24,378 nucleotides of DNA from Candidatus Cloacimonadota bacterium (GTDB taxonomy: Bacteria; Cloacimonadota; Cloacimonadia; Cloacimonadales; TCS61). Positions 16,659-24,378 of the stretch are shown in pieces. A model generated the notes under the pieces. That model was given only the letters and a program-made list of their open reading frames with translations. It searched no databases and was not told the origin of the DNA. The stretch is from NCBI GenBank assembly GCA_021108315.1, contig JAIORE010000337.1:1-24378 (forward strand). Reading direction: 5' to 3'. The number at the start of each line of letters is the position of its first letter. The first letter of the stretch is position 1. The translations under genes and the position numbers were made by a program.

Positions 16659-17231
16659 CTACTTCGCGCCGGCTTTTCCAGCTTTGATTTGAACGTACTC
16701 ACCTTCGTACCTGATGCCTTTACCTTTGTAATTTTCCGGTGGACGACATTTTCTGATTTCTGCTGAAAATTTTCCAACATCTTCTTTACTGATTCCCTTG
16801 ATACGAATAACAGCTTGTACACCAAGTTTTCCCTGCTCTCTTCTCGGAATAGTAGTTGCTTCAGCTGATAATTCAGCAGGAACTTCTAATAAGATATCAT
16901 GAGAAAATCCTAAATTCAGTCTTAACCATTTCCCAACTTTCTCAGCAGAATATCCTGTCCCGATTACTTGAAGAACTTTTTCGTATCCGGTTGATACACC
17001 AATTACCATATTATTAACTAATGCACGGGATAAACCATGAAAAGCTTTTTGAGTACGGGTATCATCTTCTCTTTCTAAAATTAATAAGTTTTCATTTTGA
17101 GAAATACTTATACCAGTAGGTAAAGTATAATTCAATTCACCTAATTTTCCTTTTACGACTACTTTATTATCCGCAATATTAACATTTACACCAGTTGGAA
17201 GTATTACGGGAGTTTTACCTATTCTAGACAC
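16659..17231 (-). CDS. rplF: 50S ribosomal protein L6 (GTG start)
   Basis: MSRIGKTPVILPTGVNVNI... GTG at 17231 with an AGGAGGT ribosome-binding site. Confidence 0.94.
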   Translation of the reverse strand: MSRIGKTPVILPTGVNVNIADNKVVVKGKLGELNYTLPTGISISQNENLLILEREDDTRTQKAFHGLSRALVNNMVIGVSTGYEKVLQVIGTGYSAEKVGKWLRLNLGFSHDILLEVPAELSAEATTIPRREQGKLGVQAVIRIKGISKEDVGKFSAEIRKCRPPENYKGKGIRYEGEYVQIKAGKAGAK

Positions 17232-17243
17232 CTTTACCTCCTG

Positions 17244-17657
17244 TTACCACACTTTACACACATATTCGCCGCCAACTTTTTGTTTTCTGGCATCTCTATC
17301 GGTCATTACACCGCGATTTGTGGATAAAATTGCACAACCGGTATTGTTATACACCGATGGAATATTTTTTGAATTAACATAAATTCTCAATCCCGGTCTA
17401 CTTATTCTTTGAATATTGACCATTACAGGATCTCCACTATTTGTATAGCGTAGATTCATAAATATCTGTTTCCTGTAAATCTTTTTGACCGGATTTCTCT
17501 CAACCGTTACGTAGCTATTAATAAAGTTTTCTTCTGCAAGAATTTTAATAACAGCTTCTGTTATATTACTGTGATTAACAGTAACAGATTTATGATCTGC
17601 CCGATATGCATTCCTGATTTTAGTGATTGCATCAGCGATCGGATCAGTTACACTCAT
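17244..17657 (-). CDS. rpsH: 30S ribosomal protein S8
   Basis: MSVTDPIADAITKIRNA... Confidence 0.95.
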   Translation of the reverse strand: MSVTDPIADAITKIRNAYRADHKSVTVNHSNITEAVIKILAEENFINSYVTVERNPVKKIYRKQIFMNLRYTNSGDPVMVNIQRISRPGLRIYVNSKNIPSVYNNTGCAILSTNRGVMTDRDARKQKVGGEYVCKVW

Positions 17658-17669
17658 TTTTTCTCCTTT

Positions 17670-17855
17670 TTACCAACTTGCTTTTTTGATTCCCGGAATC
17701 TGTCCTTCAGAAGCTAATTTTCTGAAACAAAGACGACATATTCCAAAATCTCTCATATACGCACGAGAACGCCCACAAATTTTACAGCGAGAATATTTTC
17801 TTGCTGAAAATTTAGGTTCTCTTCTCTGTTTTACTTCCCATGATTTTTTTGCCAA
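17670..17855 (-). CDS. rpsN: 30S ribosomal protein S14, type Z (61 aa, Cys4 zinc ribbon; TTG start)
   Basis: [23 protein letters not shown] at 17855 with an AAGGAG ribosome-binding site. Confidence 0.93.
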   Translation of the reverse strand: MAKKSWEVKQRREPKFSARKYSRCKICGRSRAYMRDFGICRLCFRKLASEGQIPGIKKASW

Positions 17856-17857
17856 GA

Positions 17858-18412
17858 TTACTCCTTACTTACATTCTTCTTAAAAGGCATACCCAATTGT
17901 TGAAGAAGTTGTCTTCCTTCTTCATCATCTCTTGCAGTTGTTACTATCGTAATATCCAAACCACGTACAGTATCAATTTTATCAAAATCAATTTCAGAAA
18001 AAACGGTTTGTTCCTTAATTCCCATTGAATAATTCCCTCTTCCGTCAAATGATTTACCCGATACACCACGAAAGTCACGGATACGTGGAATTACTATTCC
18101 AATGAGGCGATCAAGAAATTCATACATAATTTCACCACGCAAAGTCACTTTACAACCAATTGGCATTCCTTCACGTAATTTGAAATTCGAGATTGATTTT
18201 TTTGCTTTAGTAATTATTGGTTTTCGTCCTGTAATCATAGTAAGATCTTTTACAGCAAAATCCAACAACGCCTTGTTTTGAGTAGCAGCACCAACTCCCA
18301 TATTAACAGATATTTTCTCTAATTTTGGAACCTGATTTACGTTTTTAAAATCAAAATGTTTTGTCAAAGCAGGAACTGCAATGTCTTTATAACGTTCTTG
18401 TAATCTGTTCAT
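17858..18412 (-). CDS. rplE: 50S ribosomal protein L5
   Basis: [41 protein letters not shown]... Confidence 0.95.
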   Translation of the reverse strand: MNRLQERYKDIAVPALTKHFDFKNVNQVPKLEKISVNMGVGAATQNKALLDFAVKDLTMITGRKPIITKAKKSISNFKLREGMPIGCKVTLRGEIMYEFLDRLIGIVIPRIRDFRGVSGKSFDGRGNYSMGIKEQTVFSEIDFDKIDTVRGLDITIVTTARDDEEGRQLLQQLGMPFKKNVSKE

Positions 18413-18427
18413 TCCATACTCCTTATA

Positions 18428-18763
18428 TTAGATTTCATCACCGGTTTTTTTACAGACACGAATTCTGTTATCACCGGCTATTTTATAAACTGCGCGTGTT
18501 ACTTCACCAATTTTGTCATTGAAAAGTTTCACATTTGATACATGGATTGTGGCTTCTTTTTCAATGATTCCACCTTGCTGATTCTGTTGAGAAGGTTTAG
18601 TATGTCTTTTTATGAAATTAACTTTTTCGACAATTACTCTCTCTTTTTTAGGAAATGCTTTGAGAACTTTACCCTTTATATTTCTGTATTTACCAGAGAT
18701 AACCACAACAGTATCACCTTTCTTTATATTCATTCCTTTCGTATTGATAGTTTTTTTCTTCAT
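18428..18763 (-). CDS. rplX: 50S ribosomal protein L24
   Basis: KOW motif IKKGDTVVVISGKYRNIKGKV. Confidence 0.94.
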   Translation of the reverse strand: MKKKTINTKGMNIKKGDTVVVISGKYRNIKGKVLKAFPKKERVIVEKVNFIKRHTKPSQQNQQGGIIEKEATIHVSNVKLFNDKIGEVTRAVYKIAGDNRIRVCKKTGDEI

Positions 18764-18771
18764 TTTTTCTC

Positions 18772-19140
18772 CTAAAGAACCTCAGGGGCTAATGAAACTA
18801 TTTTCATATACTGATGTTCCCTTAATTCTCTTGCCACCGGACCAAAAATACGAGTAGCGACAGGTTCTCCCCTATCGTCAATAATTACCAAGGCATTATC
18901 CTGAAAACGAATATATGAACCGTCTTTTCTTCGAACTTCTTTGTGAGTTCGAACTATTACACCCTTCTGAACTGTCCCTTTTTTAATTTTGCTATTTGGA
19001 ACAGCGGATTTTATTGCCACAACAATTACATCACCTAAGCTAGCATATTTCCGTTTTGAACCACCAAGTACTTTGATACACATTGCTTTTTTGGCGCCGG
19101 AATTATCTGCTACCGTCAATATTGTTTGTGTTTGAATCAT
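18772..19140 (-). CDS. rplN: 50S ribosomal protein L14
   Basis: [27 protein letters not shown]... Confidence 0.95.
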   Translation of the reverse strand: MIQTQTILTVADNSGAKKAMCIKVLGGSKRKYASLGDVIVVAIKSAVPNSKIKKGTVQKGVIVRTHKEVRRKDGSYIRFQDNALVIIDDRGEPVATRIFGPVARELREHQYMKIVSLAPEVL

Positions 19141-19150
19141 TCCCGACTCC

Positions 19151-19402
19151 CTATTTACTTCTTTCTATAATTTTTGAAAGTGTCCATCGCTTGTTCTTAC
19201 TGAGAGGACGACATTCTTCAATTAGAACTACATCTCCGATTTTGCAATCGTTATTTTCATCATGTGATTGAAATTTCTTATGTTTCCTAACGATCTTCTT
19301 ATACAGAGGATGTTTATATTGCCGTTCCACATTCACTACAATTGTCTTATCCATTTTATCACTAACGACAGTGCCTGTTTTTGTAACTTTCTTATTTTGC
19401 AT
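19151..19402 (-). CDS. rpsQ: 30S ribosomal protein S17
   Basis: ...[27 protein letters not shown]...[23 protein letters not shown]... Likely start is ATG 19402 (MQNKK) with a GAGG ribosome-binding site. The track's GTG at 19411 adds MMK. Confidence 0.92.
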   Translation of the reverse strand: MQNKKVTKTGTVVSDKMDKTIVVNVERQYKHPLYKKIVRKHKKFQSHDENNDCKIGDVVLIEECRPLSKNKRWTLSKIIERSK

Positions 19403-19414
19403 CTTCATCACCTC

Positions 19415-19615
19415 TTATTTGTCTGTACTATTTTGTCGTTCAGTCAATAAAGTATTGATACGAGCAATATCTTTTTTTAAGAGAGGCATTCTCATCGGAT
19501 TTTCTAAACGGTTCATCGCTTTTTGAAAACGAAGATTGAAAAGTTCTTCCTTGATATCCTCTGATTTTTGATTAAGTTCAGAATTTGTTAATTCCCGAAG
19601 TTCACTCATTTTCAT
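19415..19615 (-). CDS. rpmC: 50S ribosomal protein L29
   Basis: M(KM)[28 protein letters not shown]... ATGA overlap with the rplP stop. Confidence 0.92.
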   Translation of the reverse strand: MKMSELRELTNSELNQKSEDIKEELFNLRFQKAMNRLENPMRMPLLKKDIARINTLLTERQNSTDK

Positions 19616-20031
19616 ATTTCAATTCCTTCTCGTGCGATCAATTTACATTTAATCGGTAATTTATGACCCACTAGTCTTGCAGCTTTTTTAGCTGTTTCTG
19701 TATCTACACCTTCGAATTCAAACATAATTCTACCGGGTTTTACCACTGCAACCCAATGATCCGGTGCGCCTTTTCCTTTTCCCATTCTAGTTTCAGCAGG
19801 TTTTGAAGTTACCGGTTTATGCGGAAAAATTCTAATCCACATTTTCCCTGATCTTTTCATCGCTCTGGAAATTGCCACACGGGATGCTTCGATTTGTCTA
19901 CTTGTAAGCCAAGCTGCATCTAAAGCAATTATCCCGTAATCACCGAAGTTTAAAGTACTTCCGCGATACGCTAACCCTCTACGACGACCTTTTTGCTGCT
20001 TTCTAAATTTTACTTTTCTGGGTGCTAACAT
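19612..20031 (-). CDS. rplP: 50S ribosomal protein L16
   Basis: [19 protein letters not shown]... Confidence 0.95.
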   Translation of the reverse strand: MLAPRKVKFRKQQKGRRRGLAYRGSTLNFGDYGIIALDAAWLTSRQIEASRVAISRAMKRSGKMWIRIFPHKPVTSKPAETRMGKGKGAPDHWVAVVKPGRIMFEFEGVDTETAKKAARLVGHKLPIKCKLIAREGIEI

Positions 20032-20043
20032 TAGAAAATCTCC

Positions 20044-20691
20044 TTAGTTCAGTATATCACCTTTGTATATCCATATCTTAATACCAATGATCCCGTAAAC
20101 AGTATTAACTTCTGTTAAACGATAATCAATATCAGCTCTAAGTGTATGAAGAGGTGTTCTTCCTTCCTGGTAGCGTTCGGTTCTTGCCATTTCTGCTCCA
20201 CCGAGACGACCTGCACATTGAACTTTTATCCCTTGTGCACCACTTCTCATTGCATTGCGAATTGCAAATTTCATTGCTCTACGAAAAGAAACTCGTTGTT
20301 TGATTTGTCTTCCTATTTCTTGTCCGACAAGCGAGGAATCTAACCACGAATCTTTTATCTCTTGCACATTCACAAACACATTAAGTTTGGACTGTCTGTT
20401 TTTATTCACCAGTATTGTCAATTCATTTCTCAATCGTTCAATCTCAACACCTTTTCTACCAATTACCTGTCCCGGTCTTGCTGTATGAATATCTAAAGTG
20501 ACAGATTTTGTCTTTCTTTGAACAGTAGTTTTTGAGAGCATTGCCGATTCTAAACGTTTCCTTAAATATTTCTTTATTTTAAGGTCTTCATGAAAATTAT
20601 TGATATAATCTTCACCTGTTGCAAACCAAGTTGAATCGCATTTTTTGTTGATGCCGATTCTGTACCCGATTGGGTTAACTTTTTGACCCAA
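20044..20691 (-). CDS. rpsC: 30S ribosomal protein S3 (TTG start)
   Basis: (M)[13 protein letters not shown]... plus KH domain. TTG at 20691..20689 with AAGGAGGTGATC immediately upstream. The track's ATG at 20712 would overlap rplV by 38 nt and is rejected. Confidence 0.92.
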   Translation of the reverse strand: MGQKVNPIGYRIGINKKCDSTWFATGEDYINNFHEDLKIKKYLRKRLESAMLSKTTVQRKTKSVTLDIHTARPGQVIGRKGVEIERLRNELTILVNKNRQSKLNVFVNVQEIKDSWLDSSLVGQEIGRQIKQRVSFRRAMKFAIRNAMRSGAQGIKVQCAGRLGGAEMARTERYQEGRTPLHTLRADIDYRLTEVNTVYGIIGIKIWIYKGDILN

Positions 20692-21040
20692 GATCACCTC
20701 CTTGTTCCACATCTTTTATACCAATCGTGATGTGACATGTTCTGCGTCGGATGACTGTTGCTCGACCTTGAGCTCTGGTTCTTTGTCTTTTCATGATTGG
20801 ACCGTCATCTGCAAAAGCTTCATTAATAAATAATGAATCTATATCAATTCTTGCTTCTTTCACAGTAGCATTAGCGACAGCAGATTTTACAAACTTTGCT
20901 ATTTGGATAGAAGCTCTTTTTGTTGAAAATGCTAATATTTTCTGAGCTTCGTTTACAGATCTGCCACGGATTAGATCCAATACTAATCTTGCTTTTCGTG
21001 CTGAGCCCCTTAAATTTCTAACTCTAGCTATTGCTTCCAT
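20675..21040 (-). CDS. rplV: 50S ribosomal protein L22
   Basis: [33 protein letters not shown]... Confidence 0.95.
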   Translation of the reverse strand: MEAIARVRNLRGSARKARLVLDLIRGRSVNEAQKILAFSTKRASIQIAKFVKSAVANATVKEARIDIDSLFINEAFADDGPIMKRQRTRAQGRATVIRRRTCHITIGIKDVEQGGDLGSKS

Positions 21041-21069
21041 TACTATAACTCCCTACTACGCTTTAGTTA

Positions 21070-21339
21070 TTACTTTTTAGTTTTATCTTTGTGACCGCGG
21101 AATGTGCGCGTTGGAGAAAATTCTCCTAATTTATGACCAACCATATTTTCTGAAATATAAACTGGAACAAACTTTTTACCGTTATGAACAGCGAAAGTAT
21201 GTCCAATAAAATCTGGGGTCACCATTGAACGTCTGGACCAAGTTTTGATGACTTGTTTCTTATTTTCATCATTGAGTTTATCGACTTTTCTTTGTAAATG
21301 ATTATCTACAAAAGGTCCTTTTTTAATTGAACGAGCCAT
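21070..21339 (-). CDS. rpsS: 30S ribosomal protein S19
   Basis: ...[38 protein letters not shown]... Confidence 0.95.
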   Translation of the reverse strand: MARSIKKGPFVDNHLQRKVDKLNDENKKQVIKTWSRRSMVTPDFIGHTFAVHNGKKFVPVYISENMVGHKLGEFSPTRTFRGHKDKTKK

Positions 21340-21347
21340 ATTTCAAC

Positions 21348-22181
21348 CTACCCTTTTCTTTTCTTTGATTTTATTATATATTTATCAGAATATTTATGCT
21401 TTTTCCTAGTTTTTCCACCTTTAGCCAAAACGCCCCAAGGAGAAACAGGATGTCCACCACCTGATGTTTTTGCTTCACCACCGCCCATTGGATGATCTAC
21501 CGGATTCATAGCAACTCCACGAACTGTAGGTCTTATTCCCATCCAACGTTTTCTACCGGCTTTTCCAAGCACAAGTTCATTATGTTCCGTATTTCCTACT
21601 CTTCCTAATGTTGCCGAACACTCTTTACGAATGATGTGAACATCACTGGATGGCATTCTTACGTGCACATAGTTTCCTTCTTTAGCGATTAATTGACCGT
21701 AAGTACCGGCACTTCTCGCTAATTGACCACCACGTCCGGCTTTAAATTCAATATTATGAATTACAGAACCGAGGGGAATATTATCCATTGGCAGAGTGTT
21801 ACCTGTTCTAATCTCAGCATTTTTACCTGACATTAATTTGTCACCAACTTCAATTCCCAATGGAGCTAATATATATCGTTTTTCACCATCAGCATAAAAC
21901 AATAAAGCTATTCTAGCACTTCTATTCGGATCATATTCAATTGCTGCTACTTTTGCCGGAATATCAATCTTGTTTCTTTTAAAATCAATTATGCGATAAT
22001 GACGTTTATGACCACCACCTCGATGCCTACAAGTTATCCGTCCCTGATTATTTCTACCGGCTTTTTTGGGTAAAGCAACCGTTAAAGATTTCTCAGGTTT
22101 GGTTTTAGTAATTTCATCAAAAGTAAAACCGGTTTTGTAGCGCAACGTTGGAGTAATTGGTCTATATTTTTTTATACCCAT
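21348..22181 (-). CDS. rplB: 50S ribosomal protein L2
   Basis: ...[17 protein letters not shown]...SPWGV... conserved L2 core. Confidence 0.95.
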   Translation of the reverse strand: MGIKKYRPITPTLRYKTGFTFDEITKTKPEKSLTVALPKKAGRNNQGRITCRHRGGGHKRHYRIIDFKRNKIDIPAKVAAIEYDPNRSARIALLFYADGEKRYILAPLGIEVGDKLMSGKNAEIRTGNTLPMDNIPLGSVIHNIEFKAGRGGQLARSAGTYGQLIAKEGNYVHVRMPSSDVHIIRKECSATLGRVGNTEHNELVLGKAGRKRWMGIRPTVRGVAMNPVDHPMGGGEAKTSGGGHPVSPWGVLAKGGKTRKKHKYSDKYIIKSKKRKG

Positions 22182-22194
22182 CTAAAATCTCCCA

Positions 22195-22482
22195 TTATAC
22201 TTCAATCTCACTTATTTTATCTCCGGCTTTGAGTTTTACAATTGCTTTTTTCCAATCAGCTCGTTTCCCGGAAGATCTACCCATTCTTTTCACTTTACCA
22301 TTTTGACAAAGAGTATTCACTCTTACTACACTCACGTTAAAAATAGTTTCGATAGCTTTTCTAATCTCAATCTTATTTGCATTTACACTTACTCGAAAAG
22401 TATAGCAATTCTGAGTTGCATTCAATGTATTTGATTTCTCTGTAACTATCGGAGCGACAATAATCTCTCTTGGATGTTTCAT
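22195..22482 (-). CDS. rplW: 50S ribosomal protein L23
   Basis: ...VAPIVTEKSN... ATGA overlap with the rplD stop. Confidence 0.93.
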   Translation of the reverse strand: MKHPREIIVAPIVTEKSNTLNATQNCYTFRVSVNANKIEIRKAIETIFNVSVVRVNTLCQNGKVKRMGRSSGKRADWKKAIVKLKAGDKISEIEV

Positions 22483-23114
22483 TTTACAAATACCTCCTGC
22501 ATTTTTGATAGAGCATCTTCTGTTAAAATCAAATAGTTTGCATTTAGTACTTCATAAGCAAATGTACTATCTGCTCTATTCATTTTAACATCAGTAAGAT
22601 TTGTAAAAGATTTTATGATATTTTTGTTACTACCATCTATCAAGATGAGTTTTTTTCTTTTTCCTTCAGCAATCTTATCTATAAGTAATCTTGCTCGCTT
22701 AGTATCAGGTTTTTCATAGTTTAATGATTCTACAACAACCACTTCTAAGTCTCTCGCTTTTGAAGTTAAAGCTAATTTTAATGCTAATCTTTTTTTCTTT
22801 TTTGGAATTTGACGATACCAATTCTTTGGTTTAGGACCAAAAGCTTGACCACCACCAACTCGCAAAGGTGTTCTCAAATTTCCAGGTCTGGCATTACCGG
22901 TACCTTTTTGTCGAAACAATTTTCTACCGCTACCCTTTACTTCCGCTCTGGTTTTTACACTGCTCGTACCTTGCCTTTGATTTGCCAAGTACATATTAAT
23001 CACTTCATAAAAAAGAGCTGTGGGATTTTTCGTTTCTACTGAGAATAAAGATTCCGGCAATGTGATTGTACCGGTTTCTTTTCCATCTATAGTATATTTT
23101 TTGACTTCTAACAT
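22479..23114 (-). CDS. rplD: 50S ribosomal protein L4
   Basis: ...RQGTSSVKTRAEVKGSGRKLFRQKGTGNARPG... Confidence 0.95.
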   Translation of the reverse strand: MLEVKKYTIDGKETGTITLPESLFSVETKNPTALFYEVINMYLANQRQGTSSVKTRAEVKGSGRKLFRQKGTGNARPGNLRTPLRVGGGQAFGPKPKNWYRQIPKKKKRLALKLALTSKARDLEVVVVESLNYEKPDTKRARLLIDKIAEGKRKKLILIDGSNKNIIKSFTNLTDVKMNRADSTFAYEVLNANYLILTEDALSKMQEVFVK

Positions 23115-23125
23115 CCAATCTCCAA

Positions 23126-23749
23126 TTACAATTCTTTTCTCAAATAAACAATACTGTTACGATGTCCCGGAATTGCTCCTTGAACCATAACCAGATTTTT
23201 TTCCAAATCAATTTTTACCACTCTCAAGTTTTTCACAGAGACTTTATCAACTCCCATGTGACCAGGTAATTTCTTACCTTTGAACACGCGAGAAGGCGTA
23301 GCACACTGCCCGATAGAACCAGGTCCTCTATATGATTCATGAACACCATGAGAAGCTTTGAAGCCATGGAAACCGTGTCTTTTCATCACACCGGCAAATC
23401 CTCTTCCTTTAGAAGTTCCTGTTATTTTGAGCATCTCATTTTCAATAAACATTGAGACATCAAAGACTTCACCTTCATCAATATCTTTATAAAGTTTCAA
23501 TCTGAATTCTTTCAAGTATCTATAATTCGGACTGTTATGCTTTTTAAAATGACCCTTCATAGCCTTTGTCATATTCTTTTCTTTCATCTCTTCAAAGCCT
23601 AATTGAACAGAATCATAATTATGTTTTTCCTTGGTCATTCTTGTGATAACTTTACAAGGTCCTGCTTTAATAACTGTAACAGGAATTACCTTTCCGCTAC
23701 TATCAAAAACCTGAGTCATTCCAATTTTTTTTCCGATTAAACCTATCAT
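23126..23749 (-). CDS. rplC: 50S ribosomal protein L3
   Basis: MIGLIGKKIGMTQVFD... Start is ATG 23749 with an AAGGAG ribosome-binding site. The track's GTG at 23752 adds one codon. Confidence 0.94.
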   Translation of the reverse strand: MIGLIGKKIGMTQVFDSSGKVIPVTVIKAGPCKVITRMTKEKHNYDSVQLGFEEMKEKNMTKAMKGHFKKHNSPNYRYLKEFRLKLYKDIDEGEVFDVSMFIENEMLKITGTSKGRGFAGVMKRHGFHGFKASHGVHESYRGPGSIGQCATPSRVFKGKKLPGHMGVDKVSVKNLRVVKIDLEKNLVMVQGAIPGHRNSIVYLRKEL

Positions 23750-23760
23750 CACTTACTCCT

Positions 23761-24081
23761 TTATGCCCTAATCTCTACATGAACTCCAGCCGGCAAACTG
23801 AGTTTTTTCAAGGCTCCGGTTGTTTGAGGAGTAGGATCTACAATATCAATAACTCTTTTATGAACCAGCATCTCAAATTGCTCTTGAGCTTTTTTGTTCA
23901 CATGAGGTGATTTTAATACTGTATACAAAGTACGTTCTGTAGGCAATGGAATTGGACCGACAATTTTTGCTCCAGTATTTTTTGTGCTTTTGATAATTTC
24001 TGCTACCGATTTATCAAGTAATCTAAAATCATAAGCTTTTAATTTAATTCTAATTTTATTTTCAATAGCTTTTTTAGCCAC
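23761..24081 (-). CDS. rpsJ: 30S ribosomal protein S10 (GTG start)
   Basis: ...[21 protein letters not shown]...GPIPLPTE... GTG at 24081..24079 with GGAGG 5 nt upstream. The track's TTG at 24102 would overlap the tuf stop and is rejected. Confidence 0.93.
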   Translation of the reverse strand: MAKKAIENKIRIKLKAYDFRLLDKSVAEIIKSTKNTGAKIVGPIPLPTERTLYTVLKSPHVNKKAQEQFEMLVHKRVIDIVDPTPQTTGALKKLSLPAGVHVEIRA

Positions 24082-24094
24082 TATTCCTCCAGAT

Positions 24095-24378
24095 TTATCC
24101 AATTATTTCGCTAACAACGCCAGCTCCGATTGTTCTGCCACCTTCACGAATAGCATAACGAAGCCCTTTTTCCATAGCAATAGGAGTAATTAGTTCTGCA
24201 TTAACAGTTACATTATCTCCCGGCATAACCATTTCAACCCCTTCGGGAAGTGTTACTGAACCAGTCACATCTGTTGTACGGAAATAAAATTGAGGACGAT
24301 AACCTGTGAAAAATGGTTTATGCCGTCCACCTTCATCTTTTGTCAAAATATAAGTCTCAGCTTTGAATTTAGTATGAG
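24095..24378 (-). CDS. tuf: Elongation factor Tu, 3'-terminal fragment (gene continues beyond the window edge)
   Basis: C-terminal beta-barrel domain 3: ...[73 protein letters not shown]... Stop TAA at 24097..24095, 13 nt upstream of rpsJ. Confidence 0.95.
   Translation of the reverse strand, partial: HTKFKAETYILTKDEGGRHKPFFTGYRPQFYFRTTDVTGSVTLPEGVEMVMPGDNVTVNAELITPIAMEKGLRYAIREGGRTIGAGVVSEIIG

Noticed and set aside
17623-18028. Plus-strand ORFs 17623-17883 and 17840-18028 antisense to rpsH, rpsN and rplE
   Set aside because: Antisense to conserved ribosomal-protein genes. No independent support.
18542-20488. Plus-strand ORFs antisense to rplX, rplN, rpsQ and rpsC (18542-18775, 18612-18857, 19083-19271, 19268-19450, 20146-20343, 20255-20488)
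   Set aside because: Same reasoning: chance antisense ORFs within the ribosomal supercluster.
22809-23042. 77-aa plus-strand ORF antisense to rplD
   Set aside because: Antisense to L4. No ribosome-binding site.
1-24378. Genome-wide stop-codon reassignment as explanation for the TAA inside the TPR gene
   Set aside because: More than 40 other genes in the window, including about 30 conserved ribosomal-protein genes, terminate normally with TAA/TGA/TAG and have no internal stops in the standard code.
1-24378. Scanned for CRISPR arrays, tRNA/rRNA genes, transposases, integrases and toxin-antitoxin or defence-system signatures
   Set aside because: No regularly spaced direct repeats, no tRNA-like GGTTCGAATCC-type T-arm cores in intergenic regions, and no protein with transposase, integrase, nuclease-NTPase or toxin hallmarks. 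The only repeats are the short simple-sequence and palindromic motifs reported above.

Overview
This 24.4 kb window is low-GC bacterial DNA, roughly 30-35% GC by eye. Positions 9739-24378 hold one tightly packed minus-strand ribosomal-protein supercluster: the 3' end of tuf, then rpsJ through rplQ in the S10, spc and alpha operon order. It includes rpmD, a 61-aa zinc-ribbon type-Z S14, secY, map, infA, an unlisted 38-aa rpmJ, and rpoA. There is no adk between secY and map. A hairpin with a T-run on both sides, and so probably acting in both directions, lies 20 bp past rplQ. Many of these genes start on GTG or TTG behind strong GGAGG-type ribosome-binding sites. Several ORF-track N-termini that overlap the upstream gene are artefacts and I trimmed them. 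Positions 1-9700 are a more accessory-looking region with five elements. (1) A minus-strand TPR-repeat gene is broken by a single in-frame TAA. (2) A plus-strand nfeD-flotillin (SPFH/band 7) operon ends in a rho-independent terminator. (3) A small DUF2164-like gene is followed by a structured, U-tailed element. (4) A YdjM/DUF457-like membrane hydrolase gene has a tandem hexamer array in its promoter. (5) A co-directional minus-strand string encodes a secreted S9 serine peptidase, a YkuE/YaeI-like metallophosphoesterase, a COG1533/SplB-like radical SAM protein and a small cupin. I found no tRNA, rRNA, CRISPR array, transposase or integrase. I cannot defend a clearly novel multi-gene system here. 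The features most worth follow-up are the interrupted TPR gene, a GC-rich island flanked by palindromic 13-mers at 672-837, the hairpin element at 3504-3620, the (CCTTTT)n polypurine leader at 6931-6999, and the peptidase-phosphoesterase-rSAM-cupin neighbourhood. All protein calls rest on motifs recognised by eye; no searches were run.
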